This document shows, piece after piece, positions 9,333 through 18,820 of a DNA stretch of 64,000 nucleotides. The stretch is from a virus (lineage: Duplodnaviria; Caudoviricetes). The notes beneath the pieces are model-generated. The model worked only from the letters and a program-made list of their open reading frames with translations. It made no database searches and was not told the origin of the DNA. Each line of letters begins with the position of its first letter. The stretch's first letter is position 1. The stretch spans positions 1 to 64,000 of IMG/VR virus record IMGVR_UViG_3300002220_003854; one strand, written 5' to 3'. The translations under genes were made by a program, and so were the position numbers.

Positions 9333-9505
9333 TTTTCTTCCAATTTAGCTAAATCTTGGGCTTCCTCTAGAACAGATTCTTGAAGAGCTTGTTTTAGCGT
9401 TTTTCCGGTAGTTCCAACATATTGGTATCCATCCCGCCACCATGCGAATCTGGCATAACCTTCGCGCATTCCTTGGTGAAATGCCATTACTTCTGCTTTA
9501 GTCAT
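9329..9505 (-). CDS. 58-aa hypothetical protein
   Basis: Manual translation MTKAEVMAFHQGMREGYARFAWWRDG..; fills gap with overlapping start/stop codons. Confidence 0.65.
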   Translation of the reverse strand: MTKAEVMAFHQGMREGYARFAWWRDGYQYVGTTGKTLKQALQESVLEEAQDLAKLEEK

Positions 9506-10458
9506 TCTGCATAATCCTCATCAAATTCTTCAGATTCACGTAGTTCATCGTCTAGTGCTTTGGTCATACTGTTGATCAGCACACGATATGCAGCTTGGTC
9601 GTTATTTTGGCTACCTAGACCACTCTGACGACTCCAGAATTTACGAGTGTGAGTCATGAAGCTGTTAAGCCAGAGACCCTTGAGCAGTTCAGTCATTACA
9701 GCCAATGTGTCTTCCGCGCTGCCAGTTTTCAAAAGATCATGCAGCACGTCCGCGATTTCAAACAGTGCAGATGGTGTGTAATGTGAATCTAAGGTTCTAA
9801 ACCAATCCGCCGCTAAATTCTGTTCTGGATCATTACGGTCGAAAAGTTTCATTAGCGCATACCGCAAGCCGTATCCACCAATATTTGAAAATTTCGTATC
9901 CTGCTTGACAGCATCAGATGCACGGGCAATCCAAGCTGGCAAGTCTGCAACCACATCAGAGAATTTGTACTCACGAGTGTGGAACTTTTGATCGTTGGTT
10001 CCATAACCAGTAAAGTAGTGATGCTCACGAGTCCAATCATTGATAATACCATCAAAAACGGTTTGATGAATCATTACGGGGGTAACCTTTAGTTTACGAC
10101 CATAAATGGTATCAACGAATAGGCGATCTTCATGGTCGGCTTCAAACAAAACATTGATGTCAAATCCATCGCGCTTTACAGCGATATCATGATATTGGTT
10201 TTCACCTAGATCAAATTCTACCAGTTGGCTTTGTACTGCAGCGACAACTTGATTCAACATAAGTCCATGACAGTTTTCTGCAGCACCGTAGTCATCGTAT
10301 TCACCATAAAAGGGGAATGGACACAGCTTGTTTAACACATCGGGATAGTAAAAACCCTCTGACTCGTGGTGATTTTGTACAAGTAAAAACATTGCCACTT
10401 TTTGACCAGCTGTGATATGAAGATTACTAACCACGCAAGTTTGATTCCAACAACCCAT
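9502..10458 (-). CDS. hypothetical protein
   Basis: 318 aa ORF with SD GGAG and promoter. Confidence 0.75.
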   Translation of the reverse strand: MGCWNQTCVVSNLHITAGQKVAMFLLVQNHHESEGFYYPDVLNKLCPFPFYGEYDDYGAAENCHGLMLNQVVAAVQSQLVEFDLGENQYHDIAVKRDGFDINVLFEADHEDRLFVDTIYGRKLKVTPVMIHQTVFDGIINDWTREHHYFTGYGTNDQKFHTREYKFSDVVADLPAWIARASDAVKQDTKFSNIGGYGLRYALMKLFDRNDPEQNLAADWFRTLDSHYTPSALFEIADVLHDLLKTGSAEDTLAVMTELLKGLWLNSFMTHTRKFWSRQSGLGSQNNDQAAYRVLINSMTKALDDELRESEEFDEDYAE

Positions 10459-10481
10459 TTTATGCTCCTGTGTAAGACTCT

Positions 10482-10510
10482 ATTGTATGCTATATCGGAT
10501 TTTACGTCAA
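10482..10510 (-). promoter_or_regulatory. sigma70-type early promoter
   Basis: TTGACG-17nt-TACAAT. Confidence 0.7.
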
Positions 10511-10514
10511 TCTA

Positions 10515-10712
10515 TTAGTCAACACTCGGACCTTCAAGCCAAAATAATGCTTCTTGAATCTTTGTGCGATAATTTTCTTTATCATATGGTTTACATGTGT
10601 CGGCTAGTTCTAGAGCCCTCCGCAGTGCTTTTTGGGCATCATGCTGGGACATTTTTTGTTGAGTACGACGTTTGTTATCTTCGTACTCGTAGTCATCACT
10701 ATAATGACCCAT
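10515..10712 (-). CDS. small hypothetical protein
   Basis: ORF track, co-oriented. Confidence 0.55.
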   Translation of the reverse strand: MGHYSDDYEYEDNKRRTQQKMSQHDAQKALRRALELADTCKPYDKENYRTKIQEALFWLEGPSVD

Positions 10713-10755
10713 GATTAGAACCCATCAAAGCTAAAGGTTTTTTGAAGTAAATAAG

Positions 10756-11034
10756 TCATTTCAAGAACCTTTTCAGGGTCTTTTCAATTTCGCGCACCGC
10801 ATCCTCTTTGGCTTTTCGCTCAGTGTTGGTAGTAGCTCGGTTCGAGACGTTAGCTTTGATGGCATTCATGACCCATAAGATAGTTTTATCATTCACGGAA
10901 TATCCACCTTCTGTATGAAATACATACCTGTAAGGGTCATCCTTCTCAAAAAAGGGATCAGTCCACCAAAGACTTCCCATGTATTCCTCTCGTGTGAACC
11001 CAATAGACACTAAGAAGGTTTCAGTTTCGGTCAT
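10756..11034 (-). CDS. hypothetical protein
   Basis: ORF track, co-oriented. Confidence 0.6.
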   Translation of the reverse strand: MTETETFLVSIGFTREEYMGSLWWTDPFFEKDDPYRYVFHTEGGYSVNDKTILWVMNAIKANVSNRATTNTERKAKEDAVREIEKTLKRFLK

Positions 11035-11035
11035 A

Positions 11036-11551
11036 TCAAATCTTCACAGTTGAGCGGGGATTGTTGATAGTCAGTGTTTGGTCTTCTAGATCATCACGAA
11101 CCGTGAGCTTGCGGTGCACGATACCGTAGCCAGCCATAAAAGGCTTCTTGGCGATAGCAATAACTTGAACCCGGCGCACTTCGTTTGTACTGGCGATCAT
11201 CAATGTGTCACCAACACTGATTTCGTTTCCGTACCGATCAAAGGGTACACAGAGATCCATGTACACATCATCGTAGTTAACACCTTCTTCGGTGATTTCC
11301 GTCTTGGGTTGACGGACACCTTGCACAGGGAGAGGACGATAGATCGGCTGCTTTACTTTGTCTAGCCAGATACCCTCCCAGAATCCTAAGGCGTGTTTAG
11401 CTTGCTGGCAACTCATGATTTGATCAGGAGACATTTTTTCGGTGAAAAATTGTTCAGGATAATCCTGAACACCGATTTGCTGTCCGTCACTGACTAGATC
11501 CGTCAGGTGACCAGACAGAATCTTGTAACGATGTAGATATTTGCGAGCCAT
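11036..11551 (-). CDS. hypothetical protein (C-terminal SH3/YopX-like DRYGNEISVGD motif)
   Basis: Likely start MARKYL; TTGACG promoter-like sequence upstream. Confidence 0.6.
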   Translation of the reverse strand: MARKYLHRYKILSGHLTDLVSDGQQIGVQDYPEQFFTEKMSPDQIMSCQQAKHALGFWEGIWLDKVKQPIYRPLPVQGVRQPKTEITEEGVNYDDVYMDLCVPFDRYGNEISVGDTLMIASTNEVRRVQVIAIAKKPFMAGYGIVHRKLTVRDDLEDQTLTINNPRSTVKI

Positions 11552-11601
11552 TTGCGTCTTTGTGTGATATGTTAGTATAATAACATATTGATGATTTACC
11601 G

Positions 11602-11910
11602 TCAAGTATTATCTGTCTTGTACCTAGTTTCTACACCAGAATTTCTTACACTATCGGTCCAGACAGCATCTTTCATTCTTTCAAACCAAAAATCAATTTG
11701 TTTTTGTACATCTTGTTCAGAGAGTTCACCATTGCCTGCACGATGAGCATAACTCCAGCCATTGATAACGCCAATCATATGAACAATTGGTGGATTGTCC
11801 ATGGTGATTGAACTGTATGTATTGATATTATGCAACATGTTTTCGTAAACCTGAACTTTTTCACGTAGAATTCTAAGTTCGCCGGGATACTTTTCAACTT
11901 CGTTATTCAT
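11602..11910 (-). CDS. hypothetical protein
   Basis: ORF track; SD AAGGA. Confidence 0.6.
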   Translation of the reverse strand: MNNEVEKYPGELRILREKVQVYENMLHNINTYSSITMDNPPIVHMIGVINGWSYAHRAGNGELSEQDVQKQIDFWFERMKDAVWTDSVRNSGVETRYKTDNT

Positions 11911-11933
11911 TGATAATTTCCTTAGACTTAATG

Positions 11934-12839
11934 TTACTCAAAATATTTCCTAATCCAAGTCAGACGTTCTTGTTCGTTCATTGCAGTATATACTTCAATG
12001 TTCGCCCTAATAGCGTCGATTAGTGGATAGTATTCCTCGTCAATATTTTGTTTGAAATCATCCCGCATTAGTTTATCAGTCCGTGGGTTGCGGGCAACCC
12101 ACTTTGAAGTCAAGTAATAAGGACTTTTAATTTTAGAACAAATCCCATCCTTGGTGTACAGGATAAACCCTTCATGTTGTACTGACTTGACCTTTTCTTT
12201 CAACTCTGATAGTGGGATAACATATGATTCCGGTGCATAACACTTCAACGACTGCGTGGCATATTCTGTCCAGTTGTTGGCAATATCTACCCCAAATCCA
12301 TGAACTTGACTATCCCATGTATTTTCACGATAGCCCAGAAAATACATTCCTGGCTTTTCAACAACAATATGCGGATCATTCAGATGGCAGCATTCAAACA
12401 TCAGGGTTGCTCCCTTTGCTGCACATACTTCCATTTGCCAATCTGCCCAACACATATGCTTGAGCATCATTTCCTTGGCCATGTTTACATAATCTGAGTC
12501 AGTTGAGCCAGTGGTTGATACTAGGATATCTCCATTATACCAGGTCATTGCCACCATGAATCCATTTACCTTGCGATATGCAGTCACTAGAGTGTTGTCG
12601 GCTAATACTGGAGCAGATTCTTCAATTCCTAGATTATAGCACTTGGTAAATGGACGAGAAATTACATTGAAGTCAGCATCCACAATAGTGCCTCGGCACT
12701 GCTCCAAGAACTCATTCCACAGGTTCTTGTAGAAGACTACTTTTTTGTATTTCAGAACAAAGATGCCATCTCCTGCAGACTTCATAGAAACCAACTTAGG
12801 ATTGGTCAACACGTATTGCTTTAGTGTTTCTTGAAACAT
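11934..12839 (-). CDS. RNA ligase, T4 Rnl1/RnlA-like
   Basis: CRGTIVD..SRPFTKCYN, KVNG adenylation motif, TLMFE, EGF, KIKS. Confidence 0.75.
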   Translation of the reverse strand: MFQETLKQYVLTNPKLVSMKSAGDGIFVLKYKKVVFYKNLWNEFLEQCRGTIVDADFNVISRPFTKCYNLGIEESAPVLADNTLVTAYRKVNGFMVAMTWYNGDILVSTTGSTDSDYVNMAKEMMLKHMCWADWQMEVCAAKGATLMFECCHLNDPHIVVEKPGMYFLGYRENTWDSQVHGFGVDIANNWTEYATQSLKCYAPESYVIPLSELKEKVKSVQHEGFILYTKDGICSKIKSPYYLTSKWVARNPRTDKLMRDDFKQNIDEEYYPLIDAIRANIEVYTAMNEQERLTWIRKYFE

Positions 12840-12869
12840 ATCGATCTTTCAATTTCTTTGAATACAGAT

Positions 12870-12898
12870 ATTATAACAGGGATGACAATTATTGTCAA
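12870..12898 (-). promoter_or_regulatory. sigma70-type early promoter of RNA ligase
   Basis: TTGACA-17nt-TATAAT. Confidence 0.85.
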
Positions 12899-12912
12899 GC
12901 CGACCCACTATC

Positions 12913-13152
12913 TTACTTCTTCAGCAGATATGCAGTCAGTTCAGGACCGTCTACTCTATAGAGTTGCGACGGTGATTGCAATAGTTCAGTATAATAACCT
13001 CCACCAGGAAAGTTCCAAGTGTTCATAAATGCAACACGAACTTGACTGGTGGTAAATTTAATTACTTTAGCTAGCACAAAATGGCGATACTTAGGAGCAA
13101 TGATTATAACGCTATCACCAAGTTCAAGGTTACGACCCAAAAAATCTTTCAT
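12913..13152 (-). CDS. small SH3-like phage protein
   Basis: MKDFLGRNLELGDSV motif. Confidence 0.6.
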   Translation of the reverse strand: MKDFLGRNLELGDSVIIIAPKYRHFVLAKVIKFTTSQVRVAFMNTWNFPGGGYYTELLQSPSQLYRVDGPELTAYLLKK

Positions 13153-13388
13153 ACGGTCTCGATTACTCTACCAATCGATTTGATTATCGGTTTGATTTCA
13201 ACTTCCACTATATTAATAGTTAGGGATTCTTTACCAGTTACGGGTGATGTTTTACGCCATTCGGTCACATATGTTTTAGCTTGATCAATTGTGATGAATA
13301 GTTTTGCGGAGTTTTTGTTATCGGTGCATAGTCCGTCCTGGCGAATGAACATATTGCCGCATTCTGGGCCGAGTCTCAATGTGTACAT
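13149..13388 (-). CDS. hypothetical protein
   Basis: ORF track. Confidence 0.55.
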   Translation of the reverse strand: MYTLRLGPECGNMFIRQDGLCTDNKNSAKLFITIDQAKTYVTEWRKTSPVTGKESLTINIVEVEIKPIIKSIGRVIETV

Positions 13389-13442
13389 TAGTTAATTCCG
13401 AAAGTTGACCGAATCAATCCACTAATGGTACTAGCTGCATTG

Positions 13443-13709
13443 TCAAGTCCCATAAGTGCTCCAATCCGGCAGCACTACGGCTTTGTCAATGGCATTAAGT
13501 TTGCGTTGTAATTCTTCGATTTCTTCAGGAAACACACCTTTACGTGATCCAAAACAAACCCAACTCCAATACAGTTTAGCAAGCACTGGTTCACCTTGCA
13601 CTTCTAGTTGGTACTTGACGAAGGCTGACTCAGAATTTACCATTGCGCCTGTAGGGTTAGCTACTTGATTGATCATAACTTCTTCGAGAAGCCGGTATTG
13701 CTTTTCCAT
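13443..13709 (-). CDS. hypothetical protein (MEKQYRLL..)
   Basis: Own ATG at 13709; appears fused to the deaminase in the track because of an upstream frameshift. Confidence 0.55.
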   Translation of the reverse strand: MEKQYRLLEEVMINQVANPTGAMVNSESAFVKYQLEVQGEPVLAKLYWSWVCFGSRKGVFPEEIEELQRKLNAIDKAVVLPDWSTYGT

Positions 13710-13741
13710 AAAAGATTCCCTTACAAAAGTGATAAAATTAT

Positions 13742-14060
13742 TTAAGTGTGAACTACAAGCTTGATGCCGGCTGCTTTGATTGCCCCCTTCGCAAATGCTG
13801 CAAGGCTTAGCAAGTCCGGGCTTACCTTCACTATTGAAGCGAAAGATGGAAATCTTATATGCCTTACTCAGATCCTTACACTTGACAATAGCGGCAACTT
13901 CAGCATGCAAATATTCTTTGTGTGGCTCGCCTGCCTGCTCTGCGTATTTCTTTTGCAGAGGATGAGTTTTCACATAGTTATTCTGACCAATGCTAAGAAT
14001 TCGACCCTTCTTGTCATAGATGATAGCAGTCAAGATGTGCTTTTTAGCTTCGCGCGGCAT
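13742..14060 (-). CDS. zinc-dependent cytidine/dCMP deaminase-family protein, with apparent frameshift
   Basis: HAE and PCSIC motifs; removing one G from G5 (13783-13787) gives the natural end CEGAIKAAGIKLVVHT*. Confidence 0.75.
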
Positions 14061-14086
14061 GTTCAGACTTTCTAATCAATAAACAG

Positions 14087-14115
14087 ATTATATATCCGAA
14101 CACATTTTTTGTCAA
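14087..14115 (-). promoter_or_regulatory. sigma70-type early promoter
   Basis: TTGACA-17nt-TATAAT. Confidence 0.8.
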
Positions 14116-14714
14116 ATTTTGGGGAAATTCTTTCTTGAATCCAAAATCTTATCAACTAGTCCGTACTCTAGGCTCTCATTGGCATTCATAAACCGATCAC
14201 GGGCCATGTCAATTTCAAGCTGGTCAAATGTCTTTCCTGTGTTTTTTACGTAAATTTCAGTGAGCAACTTATTCAACCGTAGTGACTCTTCAAGTTGAAT
14301 TTTCATGTCGATTACGGTGCCCCTAGATCCAGACGACACTTGATGTATCATGTGCCTGGCATAAGGCAGAATATAACGTTTACCCTTAGTACCAGAGCTA
14401 GCAAGTAATGAACCCATAGAGCATGCTGATCCCATAACAATCGTACAAATGTCTGGTTTAATGAAGTTCATTGTATCTAAAATTGCAATGCCTGCCGTTA
14501 CGCTACCCCCTGGGCTATTAATATAAAGGTAAATATCTTTTTCAGGGTCTTCACTTTCTAGATATAGCAACTGTGCGACGATTAAATTAGCCATCTGATC
14601 GTGCACCTCACCTTCTAGCAAAATTACCCGATCACGCAACAGACGAGAGTAAATATCCATTACCCTTTCGCCACGAGTAGATTGTTCAAGCACCATTGGA
14701 ACTAAGTTAGACAT
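14112..14714 (-). CDS. clpP: ATP-dependent Clp protease proteolytic subunit
   Basis: [23 protein letters not shown] (Ser), MIHQ (His), RDRFM (Asp). Confidence 0.95.
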   Translation of the reverse strand: MSNLVPMVLEQSTRGERVMDIYSRLLRDRVILLEGEVHDQMANLIVAQLLYLESEDPEKDIYLYINSPGGSVTAGIAILDTMNFIKPDICTIVMGSACSMGSLLASSGTKGKRYILPYARHMIHQVSSGSRGTVIDMKIQLEESLRLNKLLTEIYVKNTGKTFDQLEIDMARDRFMNANESLEYGLVDKILDSRKNFPKI

Positions 14715-14784
14715 TGATATTTCCTTATTAAATAAGTCTATATCATACAGTAAACAGAGGGTCTTTGTCAAACCCGTATGGATA

Positions 14785-16302
14785 TTATTTTCTCTTTTTT
14801 CTCATCGGTTCAGATGGCTTTACTTGTCTACTCGATCCAGTGTCAGCGATATCGGATGCTGCCTGTGTAAAATCTTTTTCTGACTGTGCTACGCTTTTCT
14901 CTGGAGAACTACTAGCATCTTTGGGAACACCTTCGCCCTTGTCGATCATAAAGGTATAATTACCCTTAATATCTGTGCTGTAATATGTTTTACCTGAGTC
15001 TAGATACACACCTTTAATTTGGTCGCTAGGATATACGGTATTGAATTCACTTAAAGTCCATTCAGTTGAACTCTCTTTGGCTTTAGTATAAACTTGAACT
15101 AATGCACCGTTGTTTAATATTTCAGCGGCTGCTTTGCTAAAGTTCGTATTATCATTGACCTGTTTTGCTGCTTTTTCTGCAATAGTAGCCATCAGATGGT
15201 AATACAAATCAGTCGTGTCAGGTGTTCTAGTAGTTCTAGCTGTTGCGAACTTTTTAAGTTTGGTTGATATAGGAACTGCGTTGATGTTATTTAAGTTCAC
15301 CGGACTAGTATTCCGTAGATTTTTTACTTGGTCTGCTTCTTTATCATCAATGATATTGTATTTTGTAGCTAGATACAACGGTGATCCGTTTTGTCCAAAC
15401 TTAACTATGTTCTTTATTAGCTCTACCTCTTCTTTATACTTCTTTAAAAATTTAGTACCTTCAGGTGTTTGTTCTAATTGGACTATTTTATCGTACAAGT
15501 TTCTAGCACTAGCTTTAGCACCTTTGCCCCCTTTAGTGCTAATCAACACGTACTTTCCGTCGCTAGTTGATATGACGCTATCACTTAACCCAGCAGTTAC
15601 ACTCTCATCAAAAGTGATTAATGTACTCTCAAACGACCCATCTAGGAATTTCTCTGCTGCTTCACCCGCATTACCCGTATACTGACCCTTTTGTATTGCC
15701 ATTGGTTGCAATATCTCACAGAAATAATCTCTGAACCCAGTAAACGAAATCCCCTCAGGGGCCGGAAATTTCATTGGCAACGGTTCTCCCATAGCAATCT
15801 TATGTGCAACCAGATACAATGGATGGTTTGTCCCTAGACTCTGAGCCAGTTGGTTCATTATTTTAGGTATAGTTAAATTGACTTTATCTGTGAGTAAGTC
15901 TTGTGGTTTTAGTTTTTCTTGTGATTTTTGCGAAGCTTTGGACTGCAAAGAATACCCCAATATGATATTGGGCATGTAATTCTTCTTAAAGTTCGGACTT
16001 ACCTTTTCAAAATATTGACCTGCATATATTTCAGATCCGTCGGGTTTAGTGAATGTTGCAATTCCGAAGCCGCCTGATCTAGCAGTTTTATTATTTAACC
16101 ATTGAACATTTAATGGTTCAACCTCGGATAGTGCAAGATTCATTTCGTCTGGTGTGAGTTTTCCCCCGCCTTTAGGGGTGAACGTCAAATCACTAAACGT
16201 AATTTCATCACCCTGTGCATTTTTGAATACCGACCCTGGCTGCCTGTTAGCGAGGCCAGTACTTTCTTGAAGTTGTTGTAGTTTGTCTAAAATATCGCGC
16301 AT
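14785..16302 (-). CDS. large protein, possible PD-(D/E)XK nuclease fold, capsid-targeting-like N-terminus
   Basis: [13 protein letters not shown] start; [12 protein letters not shown]; late promoter 5 nt upstream. Confidence 0.55.
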   Translation of the reverse strand: MRDILDKLQQLQESTGLANRQPGSVFKNAQGDEITFSDLTFTPKGGGKLTPDEMNLALSEVEPLNVQWLNNKTARSGGFGIATFTKPDGSEIYAGQYFEKVSPNFKKNYMPNIILGYSLQSKASQKSQEKLKPQDLLTDKVNLTIPKIMNQLAQSLGTNHPLYLVAHKIAMGEPLPMKFPAPEGISFTGFRDYFCEILQPMAIQKGQYTGNAGEAAEKFLDGSFESTLITFDESVTAGLSDSVISTSDGKYVLISTKGGKGAKASARNLYDKIVQLEQTPEGTKFLKKYKEEVELIKNIVKFGQNGSPLYLATKYNIIDDKEADQVKNLRNTSPVNLNNINAVPISTKLKKFATARTTRTPDTTDLYYHLMATIAEKAAKQVNDNTNFSKAAAEILNNGALVQVYTKAKESSTEWTLSEFNTVYPSDQIKGVYLDSGKTYYSTDIKGNYTFMIDKGEGVPKDASSSPEKSVAQSEKDFTQAASDIADTGSSRQVKPSEPMRKKRK

Positions 16303-16306
16303 GATA

Positions 16307-16314
16307 TATTTATC
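16307..16314 (-). promoter_or_regulatory. T4-type late promoter
   Basis: GATAAATA immediately upstream of ATG 16302. Confidence 0.6.
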
Positions 16315-16318
16315 ACCG

Positions 16319-16813
16319 TCAGCATTTAAAAAGATTTTGATACTTAAACCACTTACGTATACCGTATGACCTTTTTAAAGGAATTCTATGTTTTGCCAAT
16401 TCATGTTTAAATATAAAAAAACTAGGACCATGCCCTAGTAAGGGTTTCAGTCCTAACTGCTTTCTGGTATGACTATCAACATCCCATTGATATTGATGGC
16501 ACATTTCGTGTGCTATTATGGTTATAAGCCATTGTCTACAATACCATTTGTCAGATAGCTTTATTGTACAGTATGATCTATCAGCACCTTTATCTGGATA
16601 TTCATCACCTAAACAATATCCCCAAAATTTTCTACATCTAGCCATTATAATGATGTTCGGTTTAGGTAATACGTCGTTGAATACTTCTCTATTGAGAAGA
16701 TCATACAAGCTGTTAACTTCGTCTAATGAAGTTCTGTAATACAATCTTTTCTGCTGAGTTATAGATGGTATATCAGTGTCCATCAATTTATATAATTGAT
16801 TACTAGTTTGCAT
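16319..16813 (-). CDS. SprT-like zinc metalloprotease
   Basis: IAHEMCHQYQW and HGPSF motifs; start uncertain. Confidence 0.8.
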   Translation of the reverse strand: MQTSNQLYKLMDTDIPSITQQKRLYYRTSLDEVNSLYDLLNREVFNDVLPKPNIIIMARCRKFWGYCLGDEYPDKGADRSYCTIKLSDKWYCRQWLITIIAHEMCHQYQWDVDSHTRKQLGLKPLLGHGPSFFIFKHELAKHRIPLKRSYGIRKWFKYQNLFKC

Positions 16814-16913
16814 GTAGTATTTAGTGCTATATGTAAATAAGTATAGGCTGGCGTGGTTCGGAAAAATATGTTTTTGTTGTGATTCCATTAAATACTACTT
16901 TAGGAGATATTGA

Positions 16914-17189
16914 ATGGAATTGTTTATCGTACTAGTATTAGCCGTTTTAGGATTAGGATATTTTTATTGGGTGCGCACTCAAAAAAATAAGAGCACAGAG
17001 TCATCAACTGTTAGTGCAGTTCAACCAACGGTTGTCTTGCCTGTAGTTGTAGAAGCAGCAATAATTGAACCTAAGCCAGATGAAAAGCTTAAGCCCAAAA
17101 AAATAACCAGAGCTAAGAAAGGACCTGCTGCACCACTAGAAAAGAAGACACCGGCTACAAAAAAACCAAAAATGAAGATCGTTAAGTAA
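16914..17189 (+). CDS. small membrane-anchored protein with Lys/Pro-rich tail
   Basis: N-terminal TM helix; SD AGGAG. Confidence 0.7.
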   Translation: MELFIVLVLAVLGLGYFYWVRTQKNKSTESSTVSAVQPTVVLPVVVEAAIIEPKPDEKLKPKKITRAKKGPAAPLEKKTPATKKPKMKIVK

Positions 17190-17893
17190 TGCAAATGAAA
17201 CTCGGATTCGACGTAATTAGCGACCTTAAATTGACCCCAGATGATAGCTTCAATTGGGAGGGTAAAGCTACTAGTTTGTACTGTATTATAGCAGGAAACA
17301 TTAGTTCTGACTTAAGAACAATAGTACTTACACTATCTCATTTGACTAAATTTTATCAAGGAGTATTCTATGTAATAGGGCAACTAGAATATGAAGGGTC
17401 CAAGGATATAGAAGCTAGGACTAATGAGATACTAAAAGCAACCAAGCGTATAAAAAACCTAGCAGTATTGCATCATCATGTAGTAATAATTGACGGTGTA
17501 GCTATACTAGGATGCAATGGGTGGTATGGTATAGATTCTGAGACCAGTGGAGGTATTTCTGACGAATTATTAGCTCACCAAGTAGAAGATGTGTTCTATT
17601 TGAAGAATTCGGTAGAAAAGCTACAAAAACATTTAGATGTAACTAAGATATTTTTAGTAACTAGTTCAGTACCTGGCTCAGAATTATATTTTGGTGAAGA
17701 GCCCAACATATCGGATATAGAACTAGCTCCCAACTTAGCATTGTCTGCTGACACGCAATCTAAAATTACCAATTGGATATTCGGCACATATAAAAAAACA
17801 GTTGATACCAGTATTAGTGGTATCAACTATGTATGTAACCCGTATGGCAAAAGAAACCCTTACTGGGCTAAAAGATTAGAAGTAGAAAATTAA
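17189..17893 (+). CDS. calcineurin-like metallophosphoesterase fold, degenerate motifs
   Basis: ISDLK, IAGNI, VIGQLEY at positions of DxH, GD, GNHE; YVCNPYG end. Confidence 0.65.
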   Translation: MQMKLGFDVISDLKLTPDDSFNWEGKATSLYCIIAGNISSDLRTIVLTLSHLTKFYQGVFYVIGQLEYEGSKDIEARTNEILKATKRIKNLAVLHHHVVIIDGVAILGCNGWYGIDSETSGGISDELLAHQVEDVFYLKNSVEKLQKHLDVTKIFLVTSSVPGSELYFGEEPNISDIELAPNLALSADTQSKITNWIFGTYKKTVDTSISGINYVCNPYGKRNPYWAKRLEVEN

Positions 17894-18195
17894 CTTTCTG
17901 CTTCTACTTTTATTTGCAAGGGATAACCCTTAGACCTTGCATCCATTGTAACTTCTATACCGCGTTGTTCAGCAATTTCGTATGGAAGAATTGCTACTAC
18001 TGCGCTACCCGCATCATGAATATCTTTGGTGATGGTAGCAGCAGTGTCAACGTTATATCCGAAATAAGTGATCAACGTTTCTACTACAAAATCCATAGTA
18101 GTAATACTATCATTCATATAAATGATCTTAAATAACGGCGGTTCTTGTAACGCAAGATTAGGCTTAATTTTAATTTTTGTATCAGTTTTTGCCAT
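17890..18195 (-). CDS. clpS: Clp protease adaptor ClpS
   Basis: PPLFKIIYMNDSITTMDFVV..IHDAGSAVV..YEIAEQR..GYPLQ. Confidence 0.9.
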   Translation of the reverse strand: MAKTDTKIKIKPNLALQEPPLFKIIYMNDSITTMDFVVETLITYFGYNVDTAATITKDIHDAGSAVVAILPYEIAEQRGIEVTMDARSKGYPLQIKVEAES

Positions 18196-18245
18196 TTTAA
18201 TGTACCTTTGGTTGAGTGTGCAGCATACGCTGCACACATACTATA

Positions 18246-18692
18246 TTATTTAGTGTAGGAAATAGCAATAGTCTTCGGACGTTGTTCTTCAGGAACGACT
18301 CGTTCTAGTAAAACAGTCAGAATACCATCCTTAGACTCTGCCCCAGAGACTTTTACATGGTCTGCTAGAGTCCATGTTCGCACGAAATTCCTGGCACTAA
18401 TCCCGTGATGCAAGTATTCTACTTGAGAGTCTGGGTTAGGTGTCTGTTCGCCTTTAATGACTAGTAGATTTTTTTCTACTTCAACACTAATTTCACCTCG
18501 GGTAAACCCCGCCACAGCCAATTCAATCGCAAATTGATTATCGTTGTACTTTACGATGTTATACGGGGGATAGTTTGAGTTCCCTTGTTGAGAATGCATT
18601 CTTGATAATTCATCAAATATTGAGTCGAAACCCACAGCAAATTTGTGAATGTCAGGAATGTTAAGGGACCGTAATGAAAGTTCTCTTGTCAT
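18246..18692 (-). CDS. small heat shock protein Hsp20 (IbpA-like)
   Basis: VGFD, NYPPYNIVK, IELAVAGF, YLHHGISAR, DGILTV. Confidence 0.95.
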   Translation of the reverse strand: MTRELSLRSLNIPDIHKFAVGFDSIFDELSRMHSQQGNSNYPPYNIVKYNDNQFAIELAVAGFTRGEISVEVEKNLLVIKGEQTPNPDSQVEYLHHGISARNFVRTWTLADHVKVSGAESKDGILTVLLERVVPEEQRPKTIAISYTK

Positions 18693-18698
18693 GATATA

Positions 18699-18717
18699 TC
18701 TCCTTTATTAAGCAAGA
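18699..18717 (-). promoter_or_regulatory. ROSE-like RNA thermometer hairpin occluding the hsp20 SD
   Basis: UCUU-G-CUU-AAUA-AAGGAGA: UUGCU opposite AGGA with a bulged G. Confidence 0.6.
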
Positions 18718-18820
18718 TTAAACAGTGTAGACCCGACCATCGGCGCCTACACTGTATTTAGTGTAATCTATTTTCGCAAAAAAATATAATATTTAGGTAA
18801 AACAACGTTAATAACTGGGG

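Noticed and set aside
13443-14060. Single 205-aa deaminase as in the ORF track
   Set aside because: Better explained as two genes joined by a G-run frameshift.
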